Source of the DNA: Eledone cirrhosa | Taxonomy: Eukaryota | Direction of reading: 5' to 3' | NCBI GenBank assembly: GCA_964016885.1 | Contig: OZ024742.1 | Span: 56,482,001 to 56,546,000, forward strand | Length of the DNA stretch: 64,000 nucleotides | Shown: positions 27,642 through 41,309 of the stretch, one piece after another | Layout of the letters: every line of letters starts with the position of its first letter | Numbering within the stretch: the stretch's first letter is position 1 | Notes under the pieces: model-generated | What the model was told of the DNA's origin: nothing | Database searches by the model: none | Seen by the model: the letters and a program-made list of their open reading frames with translations, nothing else | Position numbers and translations under genes: made by a program

Positions 27642-28250
27642 AGGCGGTGGATTGGCAGTATCGGTAGAGGGTCGGACGCCATGCTTTGACACATAGAGTT
27701 ACGGCCCTTGCCATTCTGAGTTCAAATCCCGCCGAGGTTAACTTTGCCTTTCATCCTTACGGGGTCGATAAAATAAAGTACCAGTAATACACTGAGAAAT
27801 TGCTGGCCTTGTGCCTAACGTAGAAACAATTATTTATGGTGGATTGGCAGTGGAGGGTCGGACGCCATGCTTTCCAGCATAGTTACGTCCCTTTACGATC
27901 TGAGTTCAAATCCCGCCGAGGTTGACTTTGCCTTTTATCCTTACGGGGTCGATAGAATAAAGTACCAGTAATGCACTGGGTAATTGCTGGCCTTGTGCCT
28001 AAAGTAGAAACAATTATTGAAAACAGCAGAAGAGGGATATGTAGATTCAGAATCCAGTAGTAGTATTGAAATGAAAAGCCTATTCCCTGTCGCAATTGAA
28101 ATAAGTAGGCATAAGTACCAACTGTGGGTGGCGAATTGGCAGACTCGTTAGCGCGTCGGATTAAATATCTCGTTATTTATTTCTGCTATCTTTGCTCTAA
28201 GTTCAAATTCCACCGAGTTCAACTTTGCCTTTCATCCTTTCTCAGTCAAT
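27642..28250 (+). mobile_element. Two young tandem major-family SINEs plus an older copy
   Basis: Copies at 27642-27830, 27835-28017 and about 28126-28250; inserted after (TTATTACTAA)n. Confidence 0.9.
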
Positions 28251-28265
28251 ATATATATATGTACA

Positions 28266-28375
28266 CCGTATTTCCCGCTACTTTTTTCCTAAAATAAGTC
28301 TCAAAAATCTACCATGCGTCCTGGAGGCCGAAGGTTGTCAAAATTAGGGTACGTCTTCGGCGCCTGGAAATACGG
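28266..28375. mobile_element. Short pogo/Tigger-like MITE
   Basis: TIR CCGTATTTCC / GGAAATACGG followed by TA. Confidence 0.6.
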
Positions 28376-28400
28376 TATATATATATATATATATATTAAT

Positions 28401-28460
28401 CTGATGAACGATTTCAGACGTCTGTGTCGAGCTCATCTGTCTTCGTGAAACATTTGATAA
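28401..28460 (+). ncRNA. Degenerate hammerhead-like motif between (TA)n tracts
   Basis: CTGATGA-ACGA..(CAGACG/CATCTG)..TCGT-GAAA-CATTTG; U16.1 position mutated and stem I missing. Confidence 0.4.
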
Positions 28461-29111
28461 ATGCAATAATTGTCTTATGTCGTGTATTATATAACTATAT
28501 ATATATATATATAGTTTCTCACAAGTCAGTTCTTTCGCTGCTGAATTACCGGTCGCTGTCTTCATTTTCCAAAGCCCTTTAAACTGTATGTTATTACTCT
28601 GAGGTCCTATACCTTGTCGAATGCTTGGCTGCACTGCTGAAAGCATTCGTCGGCTTAGCTGAGGCTCTGGCTTCGAATATGCTGTACTTTTATTTATATA
28701 TATATAGACAGTGGATTGGCCAAATTCTTAAAGAAACGGACGAGATATTTTCAGTTTCTAGTCCGGCTCTATGTGTTCAGCGGTCAGATCCCATGTTCTG
28801 CCAGGAGTTGCGATCAGCAGACAAACAATGGAAAAAAACAATGGAAATATTGTTTCCTTAGTATGATCTGACGATCGACATCTTTCCTATTCTTTTAGGC
28901 TTTCGTGCAAATGTTGACATTCCAGTAAACTTACCTACATCATAAATATTCAATGGAAACTCCAACGAATTGTATTACATGTCGATGTAATTATTCTTTT
29001 CCACGATGATTTTATACAAATATTTGAACTCTTTGTTCATCTGTTACAAAAGCACAATATTTTTTAAGTATTAGAAACAAACAATCAATTAGGATTATAG
29101 CATCTTCTTAC

Positions 29112-29291
29112 GTTGGCAAGCTTTATCTCCAAATCCACGATATCACTCATGTCTCTCTTAGCCCTTTCTGGTTCTGCCCCAAAGTTAATTGCCATCTGAA
29201 CGGCGAGATTCTCGTAGGCTTTTAGTTTCGTATCATTGCGACCTTTCAGGTAATATTTCTGGCCTATCATGCCCAGGACCGGTTGATCAAT
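29112..29291 (-). CDS. M13 peptidase exon, IDQPVLGMIGQKYYLKGRNDTKLKAYENLAVQMAINFGAEPERAKRDMSDIVDLEIKLAN
   Basis: ttttag acceptor, gtaaga donor; 180 bp, phase 0 to 0; IDQP.LG and E.KLAN motifs; overlaps ORF 29085-29270. Confidence 0.95.
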
Positions 29292-29515
29292 CTAAAATAG
29301 AAATAAATGAAAAATGAGACGGCCTCAAAACAAAATTGATTAATATATTGTTTGTTGTTCATGTTTTAAACATTAATTTTATGAGTGAACTTTCTATTTT
29401 ATTAAATACATTACTTTTAACCTTCATATATCAAAATATAACACTCAAAAAATATACATACATACAGACACACATATTCACACATACACACACACATACA
29501 CACACACACATACAT

Positions 29516-29576
<61 letters not shown>

Positions 29577-30653
29577 TAGATAGAGAGATAGAGAGAGAGA
29601 GAGAGTTCAAAAATAAACAAGACTAAAACAGAGATACAGTCTTATGAATTTCACGCTTGGGAATGAAGAAAAAGAAATATAGAAAAAAGTAGATGCTTCA
29701 ATGTATCGGGTCTTAGTCCTTCATCAAGGAAGAGCAAAGTTCGGAGAACGAGGAAGTTGGAAAAACGGAGATTAGGAGGTTGGCAAAAATAAGAGCGGGA
29801 TGGTCTTGGTGGCACTGGTTGTTGTGGCAACGGTTTTGGTAAGGATGGTTGTGGTGATGGTGGTGATGGTGTGTGTGTGTATGTATGTGTAAGCATGTGA
29901 GTTTAGTTGATAAATTCTGTTGGTTTACATATTTAGTAATGTTGGTTTACATCAATTAGTGATTCTTAAATTAGATATGTTAATGTTAGTAGTGTTTAAT
30001 TAAGCGGGAGAGTTAATTATATTTATATAATGCCTAATTTAGTATTGTTTTTATCTATCTAATGGTATTAAAATATCCAAGATATTAGATTCGTGTAGAT
30101 TCGGTGATGATTATATGCAGTAATGGAATAAAGATATTGACCTTATGTTTATTTGTTGCAATTTATATCTACTGAGTGCAGTGAAATAAATAAGATGAAG
30201 TTACATCTCAAATAGATTCTTTGAATATTCGTTCCAGCTCTCTGAACCATGAGTTCGAGTCACGCTACGTTTAAATTTGACGTTTATCCTTTCGAAGTGG
30301 CTAAATAAATTACCAGTTCAGGATTGGGTCGATTATTTCTCTATATTTCTTTCTCACTTTCTTTCTCTCTCCTTCTCACTTTCTCGGGCGGGGCATGTAT
30401 CGGCTATGTTCTAACCTGGAAAGACACGGCCTGTGTTCCATCACGATTCAACGATTCAATGCCCATGTCACTCTGTAGGTCATAACGTCACCACTAAGAC
30501 TCCTTCAAGAGTAAAGCACCAACGACTGAGTTACAACTAGGTAAGCTACAGCATTTCAGCAGTATCTATCTATGCATACATACATACACATATATATACG
30601 TACATTTTTATAATCAATAGACACCTGTAAACTTGATCGTTTTTTCTTTATAA

Positions 30654-30780
<127 letters not shown>

Positions 30781-30818
30781 TATGCGCGCGTGTGTGCGTG
30801 TGTGTATGTTTACATGTA

Positions 30819-32032
30819 CGAGAGTGGGTTGAAATGTTCATAAGCTGACTATGAATGAGTGTGCTAAGGCTCTGAAACTTTGCCTGCATTAATATCCACT
30901 CGTTATTTATAACTGCATTGTCTTTTCTAGGTAAATTGTCATCTGGGTGTTCAAATCCATTGTTATCAAGTACCTGCAGAAAAAGCGTTTATCTCCCAAG
31001 GACATCCATGCTGACATGATTGCTACTTTAGGCTATGACTTTCGAGCTTGATCAAAAATGCAAAAGTGGGCAGTTGAATTTCGGAGGAGAGGGGAGACTC
31101 TTGAAGATGAGCCAAATTCTGGACGTTCTGAAACTGCCACCACCGAGGAAAACATTAATCATATTCACCATATGGTGATGGATGACAAGCAATTGACCCT
31201 AAATCAAATAATCAATGTTATTAGCATATCCCATGAGAGTGTTAAGAATATTTTGCGCAATGAACTAGGCATGACGAAGGTGGGTGCCACATCTGATACC
31301 TAATGAAAAGCGCACCAGTCTGATCACATCACGGGAAAATCTGCCATTGTTTGAGGCAGTTTCAGCTGGTTTCCTTGAACTTTTCTTAACTTAGGATCAG
31401 TGTTGGGGTCATTACTTTGAGCCAAAGACAAAGAAACATGTCTTGTAGTGGAAACATCCTTCTTCAACCCGCTCAAAATTGGGCCAAGGTCGCATCATCT
31501 GCAGGGAAGGTGAGGGTCTCAGATTTGGGGGATGCAAAAAGTATTGTGTTTATTGACTATATTCAAAAAAGGGCCACATCATCAACGGAGAGTACTATGC
31601 CAACTTTCTGAGTCAATTACGAAAGGCTAGCAAGACCAAACTCCCAGTAAAACTGACGAAAGGTGAATTGCTTCATGAGAACAATGTTCCAGCACACACT
31701 TTCTTGGTTTCAATAACTGCTATGCATGACTGTGGCTTTGAACTGGTCGATCCGCCTGCCTATTCTCCTGATTTGGGCCCATCTGACTATCATGTGTTCC
31801 CCCACAACAACAACAGAAAAACACTTGGCTAAGAACCAGTATTGTAGTGAAGATGACTTCATATCTGTTGTTGTTGTTTTAAAGCTTCTTCACCAGTGGG
31901 ATACAAACACTGCAACCTCCAACGGAAGAAGTGTCTGGACCACCAGGGAGTCTATGTTGAAAAATAAACCTCCTTTGGTCACATCCTATAAGGGTATCAT
32001 GGTCAACCTATGAACTTTCCAGCCGGCCCTCG
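30819..32032 (+). mobile_element. Mariner element with TIRs and decayed transposase
   Basis: TA-CGAGAGTGGGTTGAAATGTTCATAAGCTGAC ... GTCAACCTATGAACTTTCCAGCCGGCCCTCG; LEDEPNSGRS, HENNVPAH and YSPDLGPSDYHVF motifs. Confidence 0.9.
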
Positions 32033-32237
32033 CATGTATGGGCTGTGCTTATGTCATGTAACATAGAAATTCCAAAAAAGAATCACCAACGCAAGTAGCA
32101 GATTTGAAAAATCAGCACTTCAGTTGATATTATCGACTAAATCAAGACGGTGCCGCATCATGACCGCAGTCTGATAACTAAAACTATTAAAACATAGCAT
32201 GAAAGAATAATTCCCATTGAAAAAAGAATCCACTTAC

Positions 32238-32443
32238 TGTAAGTATATGGCTAGTAGAATTCTTATTATTTGAAACAACTGCAATCTGAATTAAAGGTTC
32301 GATATCATATGCTCTTAAAGATTTCATTAACTTTACTAAATCAAATTTATCTTTAGTCCAAGTGTTGGATCGCACTGGCCAGTCACCCATTTCCTCTCGC
32401 AATACTTTATTGAATTCATCTAGGCCGTGTAGCTCGATTAATG
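32238..32443 (-). CDS. M13 peptidase exon, (S)LIELHGLDEFNKVLREEMGDWPVRSNTW...NNKNSTSHILT
   Basis: ttcttccggcag acceptor, gtaagt donor; 206 bp, phase 1 to 0; G.WPV and KNS motifs; overlaps ORF 32187-32402. Confidence 0.93.
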
Positions 32444-33398
32444 CTGCCGGAAGAAAGAAAACAACAGATTATAAAAGCAACAATATATAAAGCACACAAT
32501 AATTGATTTATAATAATTTGTTACATTAAGACATTTTCAGGGAATGATATACTTGATCAATTCTCTACGTAATTAATACAATGAGCACGTTTATAGAGGC
32601 CAAAATTAACTTAGTTGTCATTTGAAATACAAGCTCTATAGTTAGTTATATTGTGGAAGCTAATAGTTAACAAGCTGACCCATGCCATTTGATTTGATTT
32701 GAATGTATATGATTATTATCATTGGTTACAAACATAGCGCAGTTAAGGTATTCTTTTCGCTAGCACATCCTTCTGGGTTCCGTCTCGTTAGTATTGCCCC
32801 GGGTTGGTAAAAGGAACCTGTAGAAATATACCCCCATATATATATATATACACATATTTATACTGAATATTGTCTTATGATTTCCATTTATTTCTCTTAA
32901 ACAAATAGCAGTATTTACTAATTATCTCTTCTAGACCACATCTACAGATTCATTTCAATTGCAAATATCATAGTTTGAAAGATATTATCTTTCTTTAGTT
33001 GACATTAATCTCATGCTGTGAATTAATTTCGGAAAATTTTCTAAAGTGAAAAATGATTAATCTGGTTCGTTTTTATTCTTTAACAAGTTAAATCTTACAA
33101 TGTACATGTGACGTCACTATCTTTAATTTGAATACATATGTAGGCTACAGGTAGAAGGGAATTTTTATTTTCCTTTGAGAGAAATTACTACTATTTTACT
33201 GATAGATGTCGACGAGATGAAAGATAATGGTGACGCGGTATTAAATCAGAAAAAAGAGTCGAGATTCTTAGGAAGAAATGAATGGAAATTCGGTGATAGT
33301 TAAGACGATGTGTATTGCAATTGTTTGCTCAACAGAATAACCTACTGGTGAATTAAAGTGCCGGTAGTTGAACATTCCACAGACACGAACAGCTTTAA

Positions 33399-33619
33399 TC
33401 CTTTAGAATTTAAACCGGCTGTATCCGGCCAGAATTTTCTCATCTCTTTCTGCTCAAACCGGCTGTGACTTGTTGCTCATGCTCATGATAAGGTATTGTT
33501 CTCAAAATAAATAATGTCAAAATCTCACAAATGTGATACTATGTGAGATAATTATGTGAGGGAAAGCTTTTACCGTGAAAATACAAAAGTAAATATAGAG
33601 TAATGTAAATGCTGAAGGG
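33399..33619. mobile_element. piggyBac-like MITE
   Basis: TTAA on both sides; ends TCCTTTAGAATTTA and (reverse complement) CCCTTCAGCATTTA match at 11 of 14 positions. Confidence 0.6.
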
Positions 33620-35694
33620 TTAACAGAGTTCCTATTTCTTTAAGTGGGGTATGTTAATATTTTAGTGGCGTTTATATACTCTACAGTCTGAACACTATGA
33701 TATCTACAAATTTCTACAATTATGTGAAGTGAAGTGTGACTCAAAAAAGAGAAAAATAGAGACTTAAATTTGTATACATCATGTAGTTGGCAAGCATTTT
33801 CATGGTTAAACATTTAAATATATTTGGATAACTTTGGTCTATTTGTCGAACGACTTATTGGTAAAGAAGCTAATAGAGTACCTACTACTGTGTATTTCCA
33901 GTTCCCCGGGGACACGCATTTATAATATATATATTTAGATCGATAAAATAATAATTATACAAGAGAAACTTCTTATTCTTATGCGTTGTATATTTTAGTG
34001 AATTGTCTCATTTCTAAAACTCTGGAAACAAGTACCTCATAGCTCAGCAGTTGGTATAATATATCAAATATAGATTTGTTTGAAAAAAGAACGAGAGCAG
34101 ACGTTGAAAAGAGGAGGTATATTGATCTCATTTTGTCACAAAGTTACGACATTGCAGGTGAAAGGAATGTAGTTTCTACTAAGTTCCGAAAACTCAGTAT
34201 TTACCGTCTACATGTTATCGTTTATCAAAACGATTGAAAGCCTAATAGACCTGCACTTATATGCACTAAGTAAGTAAAATAATATAAGAAAAACTTTAGG
34301 AATTTTTACCAACATTCTAAGGGGTTTGCCGTCTACTGCTAAAAGTACGTCTTTTCGGAGTTGTCATTGCACGCATAACTTACGAGAACGTCTAATCCGC
34401 AATTATGTTGTTTATATATATATTTTTTGTTAATATAATCGTTTTGGAGAAGTGTAATTAAAATCATAGAGAACGATGAGAGATCAACTGTGAAGTATAT
34501 GGCATGGTATTACTTATTCTTCGTTACACATCTGATACACATATTAGGAAATAGGTGATCACAAGCTTATAACAAAGATTGAAATAGATTAACAAATTTT
34601 ACACGCTGCTAGAAACATTTGTACTCTTTCTCCACTCACCGGTATATCTCTACCACAACAAACTTGTAGATTAATGTTGTTTAAATAATCTATATGCAGG
34701 TGCAACATTGTTAAGCTTCAGTAAACAATCAAAATATTTTGTTACATGTTGATCTTTGGAAGTTTTTTATTTTTTTATTAAGATATATTCTGGCTATATT
34801 TCATTTCAAAGTAACAGAAATCTCTTATATTGCTGAATATAGATTAGAAATACGAACGTCCCTTTAAGAATTAAGTATCTACACAACAGTCCTATATACT
34901 GCTTGTATTTTATTTCCGTATATATATTTAACGAAGGATAGCATTTGAATCATAATATATAAGGTTATTGGGTTGAATCGATATAAGAATTTAATTTCAG
35001 AATGATAATCCAAGTAAAGATAAGAGAAATATATAAAGTAAGAAGATAAGTATGTTAGTTCCAGAGGTTGAAGTAAAAAGGTAATTACTGTTTGGTACTG
35101 AGCAACGGCATAATCGTGTTCTACACTTTACTGCTTCACAGTTTAGCTTAGGAAATTCTTTAAAACAACGACCACTGCACATGTAATAGAATTTTACTTC
35201 CATGTATGGTGTGTGTGAATATATGCATACTAAAACACAAACACAGACACACATATATATATATATATATATATGTATGTATATACACGCACACTCGCAT
35301 ATATATATATACATTCTATAGATTAGCATGTATCTCTAGCGAACATTGTTTGTGTCCCATTTGTAATAAATACAAAGTATACAAAGAAAGAGAATTAAAA
35401 TAGTTTAAGTACTTCATATAAGTACATCTAAATCTTCATGCTGTCAAGAATTACTTTATGTGCTCACTTACACGAAAATAAAGTTCTCTATTGTAAAACT
35501 AAGCTCGCAGAATGAAGATACACAACACAAATACAGTTAATAAGAGAAATAATATCTTACGATGTGGCTATAATGTTTCAGCAAAGCAATTGTTCTTTAA
35601 GCCACTTCAAGAAGTAAGTACTTCTCTGATGGGGAGTACTCGACATTCGTTTTATAGAAATATCGTAGCTATGTTGTAAGAAAATAAACATATA

Positions 35695-36560
35695 CGAGGT
35701 GATGTCAGAAACGAAACAGGACTAGGGTCGCACAAAATAGTTCAAGTTCAAACTATAAACTACAAGTTTTCCCCCACGAAATATTTCCCCACCAGTCTAA
35801 TGCACTTTCTCATCCTACCCAACCACACCTTCATGCACCCCTGGAAGGTTTCTCCCAGGTTTCTCCGCAGCTCCGTCATCACCAGCCCTCTTAAAAACTC
35901 TAGCAATTTGTCTCCGGGATTTAATAGAAGATCCATGACTCATCACCGGTGATGACTCTCTCTAGCATGTCTAGTTCGGTTTCAAGACACCCTAGGGTGT
36001 TCTGAAACATGAACTGCTCCTTCTGGTGATCGCTTAGCAGCTTCGGCCCCATCTTCGCAAAGATCTTCTGCATGTCCAAATCTTTGGGGATAATATTCCA
36101 AACGGTGTTGCGGTTTAGGCTCAGCTCACTTGCGATCAGTCGAACAATCAAGCGACGATCGCTACGCACCATATGCCTCCCGCGTACAACGTTGGCATCA
36201 GTAGTGTTCGTTGAAGACCTTTCACTCCTGGGGTGTTCTTTGAACATTTTATGCCACTCGAAAACACGTGAGCGACATCGTCTCATTTCCTTACACTTGT
36301 TGCATTTTTCCGAATGCTTCTGATGGACTTTTCCCCAGCTGGACCAGAAACTTCAAATTAATTCGTTGCTTTGAGCCCATTATTCCATGGCCTAAATTTA
36401 AGATATTATGTTACACGGCGACGCAACCCGCTAATCCATACCACCAACTCATTGTTCAAACAGCACACCAAGTCCTATTACGTTGCAGACACACACCACG
36501 TATATTCACTCTATTACTGTATTTTAGAGTAATCCTCATATCACTAGATCAGAAACTTAT
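35695..36560 (-). mobile_element. Internally deleted mariner
   Basis: VFEWHKMFK, MVRSDRRL..RLIASEL and RVITGDESWIF motifs; TA-CGAGG terminus at 35693. Confidence 0.85.
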
Positions 36561-36852
36561 ATATATATATATGAGAAATCTAAAAAAAATGCAAAATGAA
36601 CAGTACAATGAAGGCAACGGAATAGTTAGTTATCTGGTATATATCATTATATATTAGGAAATAAAAGAAATATTATAATATATACCAGGTACCTAACGTT
36701 TTCGTCGCCTTCATGTTATCGTCCATTTTGCTTGTTCTTATATATATAAATATACCACTTTCTATATTATATATTATACACAATACTTCACGCAAAGTAC
36801 AAAATTCATTGTATATATAAATACATATATACGTGTGTGCGTGGGTATGTTT

Positions 36853-37312
36853 GTGTTTACGCTAACGCTGTTGTGCACAATTTATGTCAACTAATTTTCA
36901 GCCTTAATGTACTGTCAGACACCACGCCGTAGCTATTTAGAATACATTAACCCGGATGGTTATATTATATTCGTGACATGCCTAATTATTTGCCTTTTAA
37001 ATGACGTCACAGAATGTACTATTGCTTAATAGTTTCAGGTTAGATCTGATCGGGTAATACGGGGTCGATAAAATAAAGTACCAGTAATGGACTGGATATT
37101 TGCTGGCCTTGTGCCAAAAGTAGAAGCAATTATAAACAATGCGTTTATAATTTTGTGACGTCATGTAAAAAGCAAATAACTAGGCATGTCACGAATAAGA
37201 TATAACCATCCGTGTTAATGTATTCTAAATAGCTACGGCGTGGTGTCTGACAGTACATTAAGGCTGAAATTTAGATGACATAAATTGTGCACAACAGCGT
37301 TAGGGTAAACAC
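36853..37312. repeat. Inverted duplication (about 160-bp arms) enclosing a SINE 3' fragment
   Basis: 36853-37015 is the reverse complement of 37150-37312; SINE tail at about 37055-37135. Confidence 0.88.
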
Positions 37313-37506
37313 GGACGGTGGATTGGCAGTATCGGTAGAAGGTCGGACGCCATGCTTTGTAGCAAAAGAGTTACGGCCCTTTATGGTCTGTGTTCAAATC
37401 CCGCCGAGGTTAACTTTGCCTTTCATCCTTACGAGGTCGATAAAATAAAGTACCAGTAATGCACTGGGATAATTGCCGGCCTTGTGCCAAAAGTAGAAAT
37501 AATTAT
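37313..37506 (+). mobile_element. Major-family SINE
   Basis: Full consensus match. Confidence 0.9.
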
Positions 37507-39749
37507 AAACAATACGTTATAGACATGGCGATCCTGTTTATATTCATACATGATGTATCAATGACTACATTGTCTTGTCCTTCATTTCTATTTCTTTTTT
37601 TTATGAATCATGTAGAATGGAGGATTAGGAGATATCTCTCTCTCCCTCTCTCCCTCTCTCCCTCTCTCCCCCTCTCTCTCTCCCCCTCTCTCTCTCCCTC
37701 TCCCTCTCTGGTCGAGTGACAATGTAGTGAACTCCTTGATCTTGATATGTTCAAGTTTAGCTCAATGAGGTATGCAATCGTATAATAACCGACCATTTCT
37801 CATAACAAATTTATCTTTTAACAAATATCTTCCGTTATTAAAGATATTAATGCGAATGGTATATTTCATTTATACAGACGCAACTATCAATCAACCAACA
37901 AGCCAAGCAACCGATCACAATATGAGAAACAAATCAATACTAACCCATATGAAAATTCATATATATATGAGATATCTAACTATCTCTCTAGATAGTTTTG
38001 TTTACATATTGTGTGCCCGTAAAATACTTGCGCATATTCAAACGTTCATAACTTTGGTCGTAAACCTGATTAAATAACTATATCTGCCTATACAAACTTT
38101 CTTTCTACCTTTTCTATTTAGGTTATTCAATGCATTTCACTTTTCTAAAAATGTTAGTTGCAATTTTACATATATATTGGGGTAAGTGGTCTTATAAATC
38201 ATTAAAGTCATTTTCTAGTGGCTAATTAGCAATTAATAATTGATTATTAAGGTTTACATATCAATGTGCCGCAAACCGACATGGATTGCAGGTTCATATG
38301 AAAATTACTGCTTATTTTTATGATTTGTACATCCAAAATTATATTATTATGCTACACAATGACTTTATAATCCACCCTATATTTACGTATATGAACTTTA
38401 AAAAATGGTCTACCATACAATCCCACGTTATTTGAGTTAGGTGTAAATGCCTATATATGGTACTCAACTATTTGAACCATGTATACATCCATTTACATTG
38501 ATATTATGATTATGATTTATAGCATCACTGTATGAAGAATTGAATGTAGCAAAATTCAGTGAAAAATACATTCAAAACAGAGAGGTTCTTCGCTTTATAT
38601 ATATGGGAGACAGGTGTGAAAGAGTGAAATAAAATGTGTCTGTGTATGTGCGCGTATATGTGCATGTGCAGGATAATCATCTATGCATCTATGCGCGACT
38701 TTGGTTTCGGGATACAGTTATGGCTACCCTTGTATAGTGGAGTAGCCGTTCTAAAACTGGCCTCTCTCGTCAGGTGCAAGAGCAGATTTAAAGAAAATAC
38801 CGCAAATACGTTAGGTGTATGAACTTCAATATGAACTAAATGTATATATTCGATTGATATTTCGTTCCAGGTTCTTATCAAAACTATGTTAGCTAAGATT
38901 ACCGAAACTCGTGAAGACGCAAATGTAGAATCCCACATCGGTAGCCGGATCCCATTATTTGTATTGAGGGTTCAAACTGGAATATATACTTCATTTCTGT
39001 ATTACTTTGGCACGATTCTTGATGTGAAAACGTGTATTGAAGTAGATATATTTTGGTAGTGACAGGCTACCAATAAAAATGCACGTATCAAATCGACGAA
39101 AATAAATGTAAATAATCTTTGTATTATGCTAACTGGAGAACAACGGTTCTGTTAACATTTATTTATGTGTGATGAGGATGCATTAGACTCACGTTATCGT
39201 TCTAATCTTATGAAATATACATAATAGTTGTTATGTAATACAATAAATCGAAGCCAACGTGTAAACCCATCTCTTCATTTTTAATGAAACAACTCATCTC
39301 TGTTGGATACCATATGTATGGTACACATTCTTACTCATATGGACACACACGATGTGGAGCGCTTAAGGCAGATAACACCTTAGAACATTATCGCGAAGGC
39401 CAACTACTACAGATATTTAACCAATATATGTGTGTGTTTGTGTGAGTATGCGCGCGCGTCTGTGCGTGTTTGTGTGCGTGTGTGTGTGCACGCGTGCGTC
39501 CGTGTGTGTATGTGTTGTGTGTGTGTGTGTGCATGTGTGTGTGTTTGTGTGTGTGAGAGAAAGAGAACGAACTCTTATAATTAAAAACCTGAGAGTCATG
39601 CTATGCGACACAAAACTGTTGTAAACCAGCGAAACCTACATAAATGTGAACTGTAAATTACATTTTTTTTTACAACATAGTAATCATGGCTTACACACAT
39701 CATTAATATTGTAATGATGAGAAGACATTAATGAAATAAACATACTTAC

Positions 39750-39833
39750 ATTCATTCATACAAGATGCGTATAGAAGCTTTGCCTTCCGTATCGCCCTAA
39801 CATCACTGGAGGAGACGTCTTTTTCTAATAAAT
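39750..39833 (-). CDS. M13 peptidase exon, (D)LLEKDVSSSDVRAIRKAKLLYASCMNE
   Basis: ttttaag acceptor, gtaagt donor; 84 bp, phase 1 to 1; KAK..Y.SCMNE signature. Confidence 0.95.
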
Positions 39834-40084
39834 CTTAAAAGAAAATATAATGTATCCAACTTAGCATCCTTCATATACTTTCCGGTAAAGATTGCGAAAA
39901 CGGATCACATGCAGGCATATAGACATGCAAACATATATATGTATGTATATACAAGCATATATATTTTTTGCTTAAACTTTAATCTGTTATTTAATAAATA
40001 TTTGCTCTACGGTTCTTATATATTTGATATATATTTATCCTTATCGACCCCTCTTTGGATTTTAGTCTTCAATTTTATTATTAT

Positions 40085-40118
<34 letters not shown>

Positions 40119-40221
40119 AGGAATTTGTAGTTTCCTTGAAGCATTGTATATGGTATAAATAATACGAAACGTATATATATATAAATACAGAAACTTTTAT
40201 AGTAATAACTATATACATATA

Positions 40222-40545
40222 AATGTATGTATACGTACATACATATATGTATACAGACGTACAGTAGTATCTATATATATACATACATGCACACATATAT
40301 ATATGTACGTATGGGTTTACAGATCATTTATAATAATGTTCGATTTGTTTGTAGACAAACAAGCCCGAATTACGCCGTACAGTGTTCGGCAACCATCGTC
40401 GCCTTTTTGTTCAACACTGACACAGGAACGATGTACTAGTTTCAAGCTTATTAGCTATCGTCAACATCGTACCCTGTACGGCGTAATTCGGGCTGTGTGT
40501 TTACAAACAAACGAACATTATGAAAAATGTTCGGTAAACCCATAC

Positions 40546-40598
<53 letters not shown>

Positions 40599-40663
40599 CA
40601 TGTATGTATATATATACATACTACTGTACGTCTGTATACATATATGTATGTACGTATACATAC
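40222..40663. repeat. Fold-back/MITE-like element with long inverted arms that include microsatellite flanks
   Basis: gtacgtatgggtttac...agcccgaattacgccgtacag is mirrored by ctgtacggcgtaattcgggct...gtaaacccatacgtac; outer arms tatacgtacatacatatatgtatacagacgtacagtag are also mirrored. Confidence 0.8.
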
Positions 40664-40876
40664 TTATATTTAAGTATCAGCCGTACTAAGAGTGAGAAAT
40701 GAAATTTCGTTTCATTCTTTTCCATTTATATATATATATATATGTGTGTGTGTGTAGAAGTTGTATTTGTTTTGTTGGAATTCCGACAAACATAAATGTT
40801 TATAACTGATTTAGAGCACAGGAGTAAATATTCCATGATATTAAATAAATGGAAACTATATTTATAAAACCATATT

Positions 40877-40941
40877 TATTTTATTATATATATTTCAAGG
40901 GCAACCAAGCCAACCTTGGTGCGCTTTCATCAGATAAAATA
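40877..40941 (-). ncRNA. Type-I hammerhead ribozyme motif, intact core, sense to host pre-mRNA
   Basis: TATTTTAT-CTGATGA-AAGCGCACCAAG/GTTGG/CTTGGTTGCCCTT-GAAA-TATATA-TA^ATAAAATA: 8-bp stem I, stem II, palindromic stem III. Confidence 0.8.
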
Positions 40942-41117
40942 CAAAGTTTGTTTTATAAATAAAGACGTACCGATGAAAATCATACCATATCAGTCGGAAA
41001 TTCACTGGATAGTGAGTTTCAGAATCCAGTGGATTTCCGACCGATAAGGTATGATTTTCATGGGTACGTCTTTATTTATAAAACAAACTTTGTAATTTAT
41101 TTATAAAACAAACTTTG

Positions 41118-41182
41118 TATTTTATCTGATGAAAGCGCACCAAGGTTGGCTTGGTTGCCCTTGAAATATATATAATAAAATA
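41118..41182 (+). ncRNA. Type-I hammerhead ribozyme motif, identical copy on the opposite strand
   Basis: Stem I 41118-25/41175-82, CTGATGA 41126-32, GAAA 41163-66, predicted cut after 41174. Confidence 0.8.
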
Positions 41183-41228
41183 AATATGGCTTCATAAATA
41201 TAGTTTCCATTTATTTAATATCATGGTG

Positions 41229-41309
<81 letters not shown>

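Larger units (their letters stand above)
40833..41226. repeat. About 390-bp palindrome carrying two identical hammerheads
   Basis: Arms 40833-41010 and 41024-41226 are reverse complements, with a small internal duplication near 41075-41118; (TA)n on the right. Confidence 0.9.

Noticed and set aside
27642-27735. tRNA genes at GAGTTCAAATCCC B-box motifs
   Set aside because: They are SINE heads followed by the shared SINE core, with no complete cloverleaf.
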